Virus record (IMG/VR): IMGVR_UViG_3300036791_000154
Coordinates: 1 to 52,616 of that record
Reading direction: 5' to 3' (one strand)
DNA: 52,616 nt
DNA from: a virus
Lineage: Duplodnaviria; Caudoviricetes
Shown here: positions 21,095 to 30,534 of the stretch, one piece after another
Layout of the letters: each line of letters starts with the position of its first letter
Position numbering within the stretch: position 1 is the first letter of the stretch
The notes under the pieces: model-generated
Databases searched by the model: none
What the model saw: the letters and a program-made list of their open reading frames with translations, nothing else
Told to the model about the DNA's origin: nothing
Position numbers and translations under genes: made by a program

Positions 21095-22722
21095 CGCTGC
21101 TTCACCAGCCTTGTTGCTTGGCTGATCGCTGGATGAGAATGCCGTTGATAAAGCTGGACATTTCTGGGTGGTGGCGTAATGGCAATTTGCGTGCTTCGCA
21201 TGCTGGGCCAAAGTGCATACAAAAATGCATCGGCGTTGTCTGGTGATCTGCCGATGCGAGATTTGATGTCTTCCTTAGCCTCAATCCATATCTTGCCTTT
21301 CTTGATAAAGTATCGTGGCTGCAAAAGTTGCGCTTCTAAGTCCATTTGGTTGTCAGCTTGGCTTGTGTCAATCATGCCATCTTGAAAGAGTGTTCTAGCC
21401 GTCCACCAAAGCTCGGCGCGCTGATTACCGTACTCTTTTGAATGTGGCGCCTGAGAGGCGTTAAACCCAGTAATCGTGGGTTGTTTGTTAGCGGGGAGCG
21501 ACTGGATGGCCTCGTGTTGTTTCACGCTCGCAAGAATGCCAAAGCCGACCCCAATGCTGTCAATGATCACTTGGCTGGGCATTGTAGTAATGATTGCCCT
21601 AACAATGTGGTCAGTGACTTCGATGGGATCGGCGGTACGTGCGCGCCATTCAACCGTTGGCTTGTGAAGTTGATGGATGTTGTTGGTTGTGCTTGTGTTG
21701 CTATGGGTTGTAACAAGGCGAATCACTGTCTCATCGCCTGTGTCTGACCCAGCAACGTCAACGCCTAAAACCGTCGCACTGGTTTGGGGAATGGCGCTGA
21801 CTTCGCTGGGTGGCTTGTTTGCCCTTTCGCTAAAGGGAATTCTTGCCTTTATCAAGTCATGCAACTTGATAACGCTGCTGGTGTCAATCGGTGGGAATTC
21901 GGCTTCAACCTTTGACAGCCAGAACGGATGTTGCTCGCCCCACGCCTTACGTCGCGCTTCAACCCATTCAGTGCTGAGCAAGACTTCCCTTAGTTCATTG
22001 GGGAAAGGTCTGCCAGTTATGGGGTCTTGTTTATCTGGGTTGCCCTCATCGGTAAAGTTTGGTGTGTCCCACGCGCTAATTTTGATGGTGTGATAGCCGT
22101 GCTTTATCGGATCATTGTGAATCTGAGCAAACAAAGAGGCTGGATCGTCAGGGTTGCCAATCATTAAAATGCGCGCATGAACGTTGGTCGCTAACGTCTC
22201 TGCCGCGTCAATCAATGCGTTGGGTACGCCTGATGCCTCATCAATGATAATCAGCATGTATCGCGCGTGCATGCCCTGGAAGGCAGCGGGGTTGTAATCC
22301 GATGGCTTGCGACCAACGCCCGCAAGATACGAGCCAATCCACCATTCGGTTTGATTCATGCGCCCAGGCAAATCGTAGTTCGCGTGAAGCTGGTTAAGCT
22401 CAACCCAGAGAATGCCCTTAACCTGCATGGCTGTTGGCGCAGTTGTGATAACGCGCGCTTGCCCAATGGGGTGAACGTCAAGCCATCGCGCGGCAGCAAT
22501 TGCCGCAGTAAAGCTCTTACTGCTATCGTGGCACGCTCGCACAGCAACGCGATTGTGGACGGTTAGCGCCTCAAGTATTTCACGTTGCTTTGACCAAAGG
22601 TAGACACTGGGCAACGCCGTTTGCACCCAGTTTAGTGGGTCGTTAATTTGCGTTGCCTTTTGGGCTTGTTTTATGGCTTGGCGAAATGGAGCGTCGGCGT
22701 CTAGTGACTTTGGCTGCTTCAT
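21091..22722 (-). CDS. Terminase large subunit
   Basis: Walker A-like RACHDSSKS, Walker B IIIDEA, IGNP, nuclease LGVDVA, and C-terminal SPDNADA. Confidence 0.92.
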   Translation of the reverse strand: MKQPKSLDADAPFRQAIKQAQKATQINDPLNWVQTALPSVYLWSKQREILEALTVHNRVAVRACHDSSKSFTAAIAAARWLDVHPIGQARVITTAPTAMQVKGILWVELNQLHANYDLPGRMNQTEWWIGSYLAGVGRKPSDYNPAAFQGMHARYMLIIIDEASGVPNALIDAAETLATNVHARILMIGNPDDPASLFAQIHNDPIKHGYHTIKISAWDTPNFTDEGNPDKQDPITGRPFPNELREVLLSTEWVEARRKAWGEQHPFWLSKVEAEFPPIDTSSVIKLHDLIKARIPFSERANKPPSEVSAIPQTSATVLGVDVAGSDTGDETVIRLVTTHSNTSTTNNIHQLHKPTVEWRARTADPIEVTDHIVRAIITTMPSQVIIDSIGVGFGILASVKQHEAIQSLPANKQPTITGFNASQAPHSKEYGNQRAELWWTARTLFQDGMIDTSQADNQMDLEAQLLQPRYFIKKGKIWIEAKEDIKSRIGRSPDNADAFLYALWPSMRSTQIAITPPPRNVQLYQRHSHPAISQATRLVKQR

Positions 22723-23345
22723 TGCGGTTTGCCGTTGGTTTGTTGGGTGTCGTTGGTTTGGCCGTTGGTTTGGCCTTGTGGCTCTGGGTGTTCTGGGTCA
22801 AGCAAGGCGTCGAAAATGGTTTGTTGAACCTTTGGGTCGGCAGGGTCAAGCTTGTTTAACAAGGCAAAGCGGGTGATCGCAAGAATAAGTTTGTCGGCTT
22901 GTTGCCGGGTAAACTCCATGTTGTCAAGCTTAATGCCAAGGCCAATTGCAGCGCTTGTGGCCTGGACTAAGTGGTGTCGCTCAGTCTGTAGCTCTTTGAT
23001 TGCCGGGTGAGTGCTTTGCTTTATGGTCTGGGACTTCTGTTGCCTTTTGCGGTTAATTTCAAGCTGGTAAGCGGGGTGACCTTGTGGCGTGGGCTTGCCG
23101 TACCGCGTTATTTCGTGCTCTTGCAATTGGTCTTGCGCCATGTTCTGGAAGATGCTGTCTTTTGTTAGGTTGGTCGCGATGTAGTTTTCGAGCCAAAGAA
23201 TGTGGGAGTGAGTGCGGCGGATGTCGTCAAGCAAGGCTTCTAAAGCGGTAATGTCGCTAGGCGCATTAACGCCATAAGTGTTGTGAAGATACTCATGGGC
23301 GACAGAGTCCCTATGAGGATCATAGAAAGGAACAATGTCGCCCAT
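22719..23345 (-). CDS. Probable terminase small subunit
   Basis: Helical protein immediately upstream of and overlapping TerL; first gene after the putative late promoter. Confidence 0.55.
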   Translation of the reverse strand: MGDIVPFYDPHRDSVAHEYLHNTYGVNAPSDITALEALLDDIRRTHSHILWLENYIATNLTKDSIFQNMAQDQLQEHEITRYGKPTPQGHPAYQLEINRKRQQKSQTIKQSTHPAIKELQTERHHLVQATSAAIGLGIKLDNMEFTRQQADKLILAITRFALLNKLDPADPKVQQTIFDALLDPEHPEPQGQTNGQTNDTQQTNGKPQ

Positions 23346-23420
23346 TGCTGACTGCCTTATGGCTCGCTGATTACCCTTGATTTATTGGGGAATTTGGCGA
23401 TCGGATAGCACCCTGGGTAG

Positions 23421-23449
23421 AAGATAGCACCCTTTTAACATTGGGTCAA
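23421..23449 (-). promoter_or_regulatory. Sigma70/SigA-type promoter for the packaging/structural operon
   Basis: On the minus strand, TTGACC-17 nt-TATCTT with TGC (extended -10), about 75 nt upstream of the 23345 ATG. Confidence 0.6.
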
Positions 23450-23583
23450 GAGGCAATAGTACGTACTTTAGTTTGGTTTTAGAATATTTTTTGGAAGGGT
23501 GGGGTAGTTAATCTGGCGATATCATGCGATCCATGCGCATGATTATTATTTTTCTGCATGCATTTTTGTATGGCACGGCACCC

Positions 23584-23603
23584 AAAGTTGTCTAGACAAC
23601 TTT
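23584..23603. repeat. Perfect 20-bp palindrome AAAGTTGTCTAGACAACTTT
   Basis: Read directly; an imperfect second copy GTTGTCTACACAAC lies at 23636-23649. Confidence 0.8.
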
Positions 23604-23652
23604 CAAATTGCTACCCAAGGCAGTACCCGCTATGTGTTGTCTACACAACTTG

Positions 23653-24147
23653 TCAGAGCGGCGTTGTTGACTCCAAGCCTCGCTTCTCTATCAACTTAGT
23701 ATAGATTTCTGGGTGCTGAGTTACCCTGCGAACTAAGGTGATTAGGTGCCGCGTTGCGTCCATGGCATGCGGTCGTCCACGCTCCCATAGGTCATTGTCC
23801 TTTAGATAATCATCCCTAATCGTTGTCATTGCCAAACTCGGTTGTTGCAATATCCAACGTTGCTTGTCTAACCAAAGCAACATGCCTAGTTGATTCGCTA
23901 CACGCACTGGACTTAAAAACCAACGCGCCTTATCAAGTCGCATTGGGATAAAGTCTTCGATCACAACAGCGCATGGGCGCAATGCTTTGATCATTGAGTA
24001 TAAGTCGAATGCCTGTTGAAACTCATCGCCGTTTAATTGCCCTGTCATCCAAGGCCAATCGCAACACGTCATGCGGGTGTCTAAGTCGGAGCATGCCGCC
24101 CACCCAGTCGTTGTCCCTGGATCAATCGCAAACACACTTAGAATCAT
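23653..24147 (-). CDS. RuvC-like Holliday junction resolvase
   Basis: AIDPGTTTGWA, VVIEDF and HAMDA.RH RNase-H-fold motifs. Confidence 0.8.
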   Translation of the reverse strand: MILSVFAIDPGTTTGWAACSDLDTRMTCCDWPWMTGQLNGDEFQQAFDLYSMIKALRPCAVVIEDFIPMRLDKARWFLSPVRVANQLGMLLWLDKQRWILQQPSLAMTTIRDDYLKDNDLWERGRPHAMDATRHLITLVRRVTQHPEIYTKLIEKRGLESTTPL

Positions 24148-24228
24148 GGGGCAAACTCCTCTGGACTGGCAGAAATCCTTTTATAATAAGGCTAATCGGG
24201 CAGGCATTAGATACCCACAAGCTGGCAA

Positions 24229-24693
24229 TAGTCACCCTGGCAGATAAGTGCAAATCGCTCCAGGCCTTATCCTTACTACCTCTAGTCACCCTAGACACCC
24301 TATTAGGTAAGTAGAGAATATATGGTTTAGAAGTTGATCTCCAAGGAAATTCCCTTGGGATACAACGGCTTGTGGTCCCAATCGATCTTGAACGCTCTAC
24401 AGCATTAGGTATAAGGGCAGGGTAGCTATAGCTAACTAGCAAGATCAACTGACCTACTTTGCCCTAGTATTCCTGGCATCCAATCGATTCTCCATTAGTC
24501 ACCCAGCCTAGTTGTTGATCATGAAACAGGGTGACTAAGGTATCTCTGACCTAGTTTTGCTATACAAAACGGTTATATACATTGTGTCGCTTCCATCAAA
24601 CCCAGGGTCCAACTAGCTACCCTAGTCACCCACATCAAAGAATCACCCACCAACATAAGGGTATCTAAGCTACCTAAGTTAGTCTAGTCACCC
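24229..24693. repeat. Iteron-like TAGTCACCC repeats (candidate replication origin)
   Basis: Copies at 24229, 24283, 24496, 24623 and 24685, an inverted copy at 24529-24537, and variants at 24292, 24614 and 24420 (inverted). All lie in a non-coding gap downstream of the primase. Confidence 0.65.
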
Positions 24694-24735
24694 TAACGAC
24701 AAACCAAAGCGACCTAACGCCAAACCACACCCAAA

Positions 24736-24969
24736 TTAGCCAACAACAACAACGCAATCATAATCGCGCGAGACACCATCATTAAGCGCACAATGTGCCA
24801 CCCAATTACCAAGATTCTCGCCACTAACAAGCATTCGTTCTCCGATTGGTCCGCTGCCATGCCAGTGGATTGCCCCGCAATGTGGGCACTTGCCGCAAAG
24901 CGACGCCTCACGCAACTTACGCCCATCAAACGACGTCCACCGAATGTATCGGTTAACCGTGACATACAT
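24736..24969 (-). CDS. Small Cys/His-rich hypothetical protein
   Basis: MYVTVNRY...CPHCGAIHWHG...AHC; start chosen just after the primase stop. Confidence 0.5.
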   Translation of the reverse strand: MYVTVNRYIRWTSFDGRKLREASLCGKCPHCGAIHWHGSGPIGERMLVSGENLGNWVAHCALNDGVSRDYDCVVVVG

Positions 24970-24991
24970 AATCGCACTAGCGCCACTGTAA

Positions 24992-27838
24992 CTAGCGCCC
25001 ACGCCCACGCCCACTGCTTCCACCGGCAATTCTGCCATCATCACTACCGCCAATCCATGTCCACGGTACGCGCCATGCGTTAACCTGCCGACCATTTCCC
25101 CATATGGCAGACGACGAGCGTAGCTTTTCATACCCGCGAGCGCCAAGTCCAACCAAAAGCGAACTAAACTTTTGCACGGTATTAATCTGCTCTGCACGTT
25201 CTGCGTCGGCAATCTCTGCCCATGAATGCCAGTTGTTGAATAATCCGCCAGTTGCAACAATCGCGCCATCTTTGCCAGCACTAGCTCGCGTCCACAAACC
25301 ACTAGTCTCGAAATAAGCCGACAACGGATCACTACTATCCCACAAGGCTTGTGTTGCCTCGATAACCTTTTTAGCCTTAATTACAAAGCCACCCAAGCCT
25401 TCATCACTAACAACTAAGCCATTCCCACCGCGCACAATGACACGCAATAAGCCTTCATACATCCAGGTGAGAATAACGTCAGCCATTGGCGCCCATGTTT
25501 CGCCTGCTCTGCCAATAACCCTGTCTTTATAATCACCGTGTCTCAGTTTCACTCTGCCGTCTTGGACGCCACTGCGATATTCGTCTAGACCAATTACGCT
25601 TTCATCAACGAGCGATAAGTTCCACTGCACAATGACAATGCGCCCACGCAACGCCTCCGACACATCACCCCGCAAATCAAGATCTTTGTTCGTCATTGCC
25701 CAGAATGTGCCTACGTTTACGACTGATCCCCATGCACCATAAAGTCTGCGACCCATCATCTCTGTTTCACCAGTGAAAGTCTTTAATAGGTCAATGTCTA
25801 ATGGTCTATCGCCGACTTCGGTTATCTTGATAAGTCGCTTATGACTCATCTGGGCAATAGCGCTTGACTTAGCGTTCGATCCTGCGCCAGAACCTCGCAT
25901 ACTACTACCGCGAGTCAAGATATCCCCAGAGATTTCATACGAATACTCGCCTAGTGCAAACTTCATGCCATCCATAAGCATTGACTTACCACTACGTCCA
26001 CTGCCACGTAATACAATCAATGCCTCATCTAGTTTGCCGCGCAAACACAAGCCACCATATTCTTGCAGCATGCGCACGACGTCTGCGCCATCTTTATCTG
26101 GATGCCATTCATCAAGCATTTGATTCCAGAAGTCAACACAGATGTTCCACTTATCGCCCCATTTAGTTACACCAGAATCACCCAATAAAATAGACCCATT
26201 CGTTGTCAGCGAGCAGTATTGGTTACGTGCTTCCATGCCGCTAAGTAACTTGCCATTAATCAAGTCGAATACACCATTGGGCGTACCTAACATCATCGGA
26301 TTGTTATCCCATATTTCATTGATGCCTGGGTCTAACTTGCACAATCCAAGATGGCCACACATCGAAACAATGTTGCCTATTCGCCCCGCACTTTGCGTTG
26401 ACTTTGCCCATTTAAACAAGGTAACCGCTAATGCAGTGTTGCCATTATCTCTTGCTGCGATTGCCTCTTCTGCAATGTAGTTGCTAATTCTTGCGGCATG
26501 ATCCCACACTTGTGATGTGCCATCGCGCCATTGAACGCCATCCCAATATAACCAACCGCGAACAGGATGATAGACAAGGAATGGGAAGTAATGATTGAGT
26601 CGATAAGCATTAGCCTTATCAGTGTTTAAATCGTCAACAGCAGCAGTATCCAAGAATGAGCGCGAGACATGGCCATACACAAACGACACAGTAAGTTTAT
26701 CGGCTTTAGGTATTTCGCGGTCCCACATTTCAATCAACTTGTTAACGACATCTTCCTGGACTAACTCTGCGAGCGTCCATCCTTTGCGACTTGCTAATCG
26801 TCCAAAGTGATATGAGCCTTGCGCGCGACTGCCACCATGATTACGTGCATATTGCAATGACAACGATAACAATTCATCAATCTCTATAAGGTGAATCCCA
26901 CTTACCAATACATTGTCAAGCGTTGGCTTCGACGACACAATTTCACTAATGCCCAATAGTGATCGTGCTGCATTAACGCCAACGCCTGCACTTTCAGCAG
27001 CATTCAATAATGGGCGACCAACACGCTCTCCATGTGGCGACTTTGACCATCGCATTAAGTCGCTAATATCCCAGCCGTCTTTCATGCCTGACTCTTGCCA
27101 ACCAACTATCTGCCTAAGATCAATTGCTCTAACGCCAGACCAATTGCTACCGCCCAACAAGTCACTAGCGCGCCCAGTTTCGTCCTCTGCAACTAAACCG
27201 CTAATCATCTTCTCTAATGCATCAACGAATTGCACGCTGCCTAATCGTCCAGTGTCGTCAACGTCAAAGCACACGACGATGCCACGCAGATTCCCCAGCA
27301 AAGTAAGGGCATTCGCGCTCCCACCAAACTCGCGCAATAGCATCTCAGGTTGCGGGTGCGATGCCTCGCCATTGATTGACGTTGTCGCAAACCACCCAAC
27401 CGACCGCAACTGCAAACAATCCCATTCACCCGCAGTAAACCAAAGCCAACGCTTTTCCCATGGCACACCACCAACGCCATTAGCGTTGCCCAAGTGATCT
27501 AAAAACCAACCAACGTCAAACAGTCTGCCGATTGGCTCGTTATTGCGTTCAATCATTCTTGTTGTTGCCCAGCCTGCTGTAATCCATTTGCCGCCACTAG
27601 GTCGCCATAGTTTTGCGGCATACCTAACACCATGGACATTCCACAATGGCAATACCCAACTACTAGTCTCGGTATCAAAGCCGAGACCAGCAATTGCCGT
27701 TAACAATTGCCCAGCGTCATCGAAGCCTCGCAATGTGCAAAGCTGCGCTAACCTTTCATCAGTTAACGCAGCCTCACACTTTGCAAACCATTCTTCGGTT
27801 AGCTGGCGGTTTGCCCATTCACCAGGCTTACTAGGCAT
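24992..27838 (-). CDS. DNA primase/helicase (TOPRIM + D5-type SF3 helicase)
   Basis: TOPRIM motifs AGEWD and CFDVDDTG; D5-N motifs GWLYWDG..W and TPNGVFDL; Walker A GSGRSGKS. Confidence 0.88.
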   Translation of the reverse strand: MPSKPGEWANRQLTEEWFAKCEAALTDERLAQLCTLRGFDDAGQLLTAIAGLGFDTETSSWVLPLWNVHGVRYAAKLWRPSGGKWITAGWATTRMIERNNEPIGRLFDVGWFLDHLGNANGVGGVPWEKRWLWFTAGEWDCLQLRSVGWFATTSINGEASHPQPEMLLREFGGSANALTLLGNLRGIVVCFDVDDTGRLGSVQFVDALEKMISGLVAEDETGRASDLLGGSNWSGVRAIDLRQIVGWQESGMKDGWDISDLMRWSKSPHGERVGRPLLNAAESAGVGVNAARSLLGISEIVSSKPTLDNVLVSGIHLIEIDELLSLSLQYARNHGGSRAQGSYHFGRLASRKGWTLAELVQEDVVNKLIEMWDREIPKADKLTVSFVYGHVSRSFLDTAAVDDLNTDKANAYRLNHYFPFLVYHPVRGWLYWDGVQWRDGTSQVWDHAARISNYIAEEAIAARDNGNTALAVTLFKWAKSTQSAGRIGNIVSMCGHLGLCKLDPGINEIWDNNPMMLGTPNGVFDLINGKLLSGMEARNQYCSLTTNGSILLGDSGVTKWGDKWNICVDFWNQMLDEWHPDKDGADVVRMLQEYGGLCLRGKLDEALIVLRGSGRSGKSMLMDGMKFALGEYSYEISGDILTRGSSMRGSGAGSNAKSSAIAQMSHKRLIKITEVGDRPLDIDLLKTFTGETEMMGRRLYGAWGSVVNVGTFWAMTNKDLDLRGDVSEALRGRIVIVQWNLSLVDESVIGLDEYRSGVQDGRVKLRHGDYKDRVIGRAGETWAPMADVILTWMYEGLLRVIVRGGNGLVVSDEGLGGFVIKAKKVIEATQALWDSSDPLSAYFETSGLWTRASAGKDGAIVATGGLFNNWHSWAEIADAERAEQINTVQKFSSLLVGLGARGYEKLRSSSAIWGNGRQVNAWRVPWTWIGGSDDGRIAGGSSGRGRGR

Positions 27839-27887
27839 AACAAGAAAACCCCCAACGAACTAAGGCCAAACTCAATCGATCAACTAA

Positions 27888-27905
27888 AGTCAGTCAACTA
27901 ACTAA
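27888..27905. repeat. 18-bp repeat AGTCAGTCAACTAACTAA, copy 1
   Basis: Identical to 29899-29916. Confidence 0.8.
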
Positions 27906-28933
27906 ATTGATCGCGATGGTTTGAACGTGCGATTAGTTTCTCTTGCCCATGGGAAGTCGCATTGCTCATCGACTTTCTCCCACCCTTGAAAAGTGCAGGC
28001 ATGCTGCGTGATGCCACCATCAATTGATTGCCGCGTTTTCTCGCAACTAATGCGTGGCTCTGCCCCAGTACCAATGATCCATGGCGATTGATCCTTTAAC
28101 AATCTGCCCATCTCGCGAACGACATGCACGATTTCCCAGTTAAACATTGAGCATGCACGATAGTCATACACTGCGAGAAACTCCCGCAATGAATACTCGC
28201 ACATAATGTAATTCTCTGTGCCTTCTGGGAGAATGTACCTTGCATCTTGATACGAGATATCGGCTTCGCACGCCATGCGATAAGCGCGCCTAGAATAAAA
28301 CAATGCTTCTGTCCAGGCATCGATTAACTCTTGATTTGGCTCGCTAACATCAAAGCCACTAACGCCACCGCTTTCTTGCATTTCTCGCCATACTGACTCA
28401 GGTACGCGAACGTTTGCTGGGGTGCCATCGATGTCCACATACGATGTTGCGCGTTGTGATTGCTGGTGAAATCCAGCACGCCGTGACCTAACAATCTGGT
28501 GCGTGCAAGCGCGACTAACACCAGATACCTCGAAGACAATCACAAACGCTTCCATGACAGCCTGCAATCCGCCGCGCAAGATGTCTTCCCAATGCTCGTC
28601 AATAAGCTCATCACTTTCAACAAGCGATGGGTCATAAGTTTTTACGTCAAAGCCAGTTGTTGCATTCATTGCCCGCGACATTACCTGGGCGACTTCCCTG
28701 CGTGGCGGTAAACCACGCAATAACCTTACTTGAATCCCATCAATGCCGACGTGGTTTATCCCTTGCGCCAAAGGCGAAACGTGATGCCAACCTCCAGCCG
28801 CATTCTTGCTATGGCTGTTAAAAGCAACATCGCGCAGTAGTGGTCGTGGGTCCAATTCATTGTCATCTCGCGACCATTCACTATCGTCCATGTCATGGCC
28901 AGTATGCCTGTCGTTAGTGCTTTCATCACTCAT
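27902..28933 (-). CDS. thyX: Flavin-dependent thymidylate synthase (divergent)
   Basis: FEVSGVSRACTHQIVRSR...QQSQR, QDARYILP and WEI motifs. Confidence 0.8.
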   Translation of the reverse strand: MSDESTNDRHTGHDMDDSEWSRDDNELDPRPLLRDVAFNSHSKNAAGGWHHVSPLAQGINHVGIDGIQVRLLRGLPPRREVAQVMSRAMNATTGFDVKTYDPSLVESDELIDEHWEDILRGGLQAVMEAFVIVFEVSGVSRACTHQIVRSRRAGFHQQSQRATSYVDIDGTPANVRVPESVWREMQESGGVSGFDVSEPNQELIDAWTEALFYSRRAYRMACEADISYQDARYILPEGTENYIMCEYSLREFLAVYDYRACSMFNWEIVHVVREMGRLLKDQSPWIIGTGAEPRISCEKTRQSIDGGITQHACTFQGWEKVDEQCDFPWARETNRTFKPSRSI

Positions 28934-28954
28934 TACTTTCGCCTCCCAGCGATG

Positions 28955-29392
28955 TTAGATCGATCCGCTAATACCAAAGTCTGGTAATTCGTTAGTGCCA
29001 TCTACTCTGCCCCATAAGTGCAATGCCATTGGATGAATGTTAACGTGTACTTTCTCAGGCACAAACACTTGATAGGCATAACGCTTGCGTCCAAAGATTG
29101 CCCTATGCAATAAGGCTAAATCTTCATACGTTGGCATCAGTTGCTTACCATTCGGCTTCTTTTCCCATTTAACAACAGATGCATGCATCCACATGTTGCC
29201 TAATTCATCGCCGATAGGTTGCGGCGCTTCTGTGACAATGTATTCAGTCATTATCATGTCATGGGGCACATGCTCCATAAGAATCTTTATGCCTCTTATG
29301 CCAAATGCCGAATAGGCAACAACGCGCAAGCCAGCATTCTTTAGCACAATCTCCATGCCATTGTTAATTGTCAAAGCATTGTCAGACGTCAT
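28955..29392 (-). CDS. Conserved phage hypothetical protein
   Basis: W.H.SV..MPTYEDL..HVNIHP.ALHLW, a motif family common in phages. Confidence 0.65.
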   Translation of the reverse strand: MTSDNALTINNGMEIVLKNAGLRVVAYSAFGIRGIKILMEHVPHDMIMTEYIVTEAPQPIGDELGNMWMHASVVKWEKKPNGKQLMPTYEDLALLHRAIFGRKRYAYQVFVPEKVHVNIHPMALHLWGRVDGTNELPDFGISGSI

Positions 29393-29657
29393 AAGAGTCT
29401 AACCATGCTGTCGCGATCGCTGCGATGTTTACCAATGCCCTTTCAATATCGCTCTTATCGCTAATGCCATTGTTACTACTCGTGTTAGCGATATGCCCAG
29501 TAAGTTGCGTGACAGATTGCATCAGCATTGACAAACGATCAATGTTAGTCATGTCAGGCGCATTGAAATCGACATGCTGGGCATTCATGATAACGCGAGC
29601 GCCAGCAATGGCATTCAGCGTTAAACCGCTACCAGCCTTGAAATCCGTTGCAGTCAT
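29382..29657 (-). CDS. MazG-like all-alpha NTP pyrophosphohydrolase fold (degenerate)
   Basis: C-terminal ALVNIAAIATAWLDS resembles phage MazG-like proteins, but the acidic catalytic residues are poorly conserved. Confidence 0.4.
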   Translation of the reverse strand: MTATDFKAGSGLTLNAIAGARVIMNAQHVDFNAPDMTNIDRLSMLMQSVTQLTGHIANTSSNNGISDKSDIERALVNIAAIATAWLDSYDV

Positions 29658-29684
29658 GAGTGATTCTCCCTCGCTCAATCTCGG

Positions 29685-29885
29685 CTAATGACGTTGCTTT
29701 TCTTGCACGTTGTGCTTATGCCAGTCATTCATAAACTTGGAATACAATGCCATCATTGCGACTCGCTTATCATTGTTGGCATCGTTATCGTCATCACTCC
29801 CATGATTATCGAGCCATTCTTGCATTGCCTCTTGCAATACTTGCGCCTGCAATTCATCAGGCAGCAATTGTCCTACGTACGCCAT
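29685..29885 (-). CDS. Hypothetical protein
   Basis: 66 aa ORF with GGGAGG RBS. Confidence 0.6.
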   Translation of the reverse strand: MAYVGQLLPDELQAQVLQEAMQEWLDNHGSDDDNDANNDKRVAMMALYSKFMNDWHKHNVQEKQRH

Positions 29886-29898
29886 AATGCCTCCCAGC

Positions 29899-29916
29899 AG
29901 TCAGTCAACTAACTAA
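29899..29916. repeat. 18-bp repeat AGTCAGTCAACTAACTAA, copy 2
   Basis: Identical to 27888-27905. Confidence 0.8.
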
Positions 29917-30033
29917 CATTTGTTTGCGACATCAACCCAAATGCCGCAAGTCTGATACCCGCGTCACACCGTAATCGCTCACCCAGCATAAGCCACTAAT
30001 GCTGCCCATGAGCGCATCAGACTTCCCCGAATT

Positions 30034-30228
30034 TCATTCGTCGCTATCGCATGCGTGGCAATCTCGACAGCAACCACCATCCACAATATCCCAGTAAGTA
30101 TTGGTGGAACCACATACCCCACAAGCGTCGCCAGGCTCCCATGACGCCTTATCACTTCTATTATCAGAGATTGTATGGCTCGTACTGCTTTGCTCCTGGG
30201 GCATGATCTTCTGCCTTTCTTTTAGCAT
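30034..30228 (-). CDS. Small Zn-ribbon-like protein (start uncertain)
   Basis: CGVCGS...CCRDC. Confidence 0.45.
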   Translation of the reverse strand: MLKERQKIMPQEQSSTSHTISDNRSDKASWEPGDACGVCGSTNTYWDIVDGGCCRDCHACDSDE

Positions 30229-30367
30229 CTAATGCCTCGAAGAATGTTGCACCTGACTTCCACCCGCATTCGCACTCTGCCCAATAAACCCTCATCTTCC
30301 AACTATCATCATGCCGTGTGTATAAGCGAAAAGTGTGCTTGCTGTCGCTATCTTTGTCTGGCATCAC
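30164..30367 (-). CDS. Small hypothetical protein
   Basis: AECECGW..H motif; start overlaps the upstream stop. Confidence 0.5.
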   Translation of the reverse strand: MMPDKDSDSKHTFRLYTRHDDSWKMRVYWAECECGWKSGATFFEALDAKRKAEDHAPGAKQYEPYNL

Positions 30368-30534
30368 TCCCTACGCTTGGGCTTGAAATACTTTAAGCGT
30401 CGATACATTCTGTCGGCATCTTCTGGCCAACAAGCGACACCTTTAACCCATCTGACTTTTACCCCACACCATGCGCAATAATCCTCTCCAGGTCTTGCAT
30501 GATGGCCTGTCGCTGACTCTGGACAATTACTCAT
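30364..30534 (-). CDS. Small Cys/His-rich hypothetical protein
   Basis: MSNCPESATGHH..CAWCG; tightly packed between neighbours. Confidence 0.5.
   Translation of the reverse strand: MSNCPESATGHHARPGEDYCAWCGVKVRWVKGVACWPEDADRMYRRLKYFKPKRRE

Noticed and set aside
29924-30024. Possible tRNA gene
   Set aside because: No T-loop TTCG/A motif, no cloverleaf and no CCA end.
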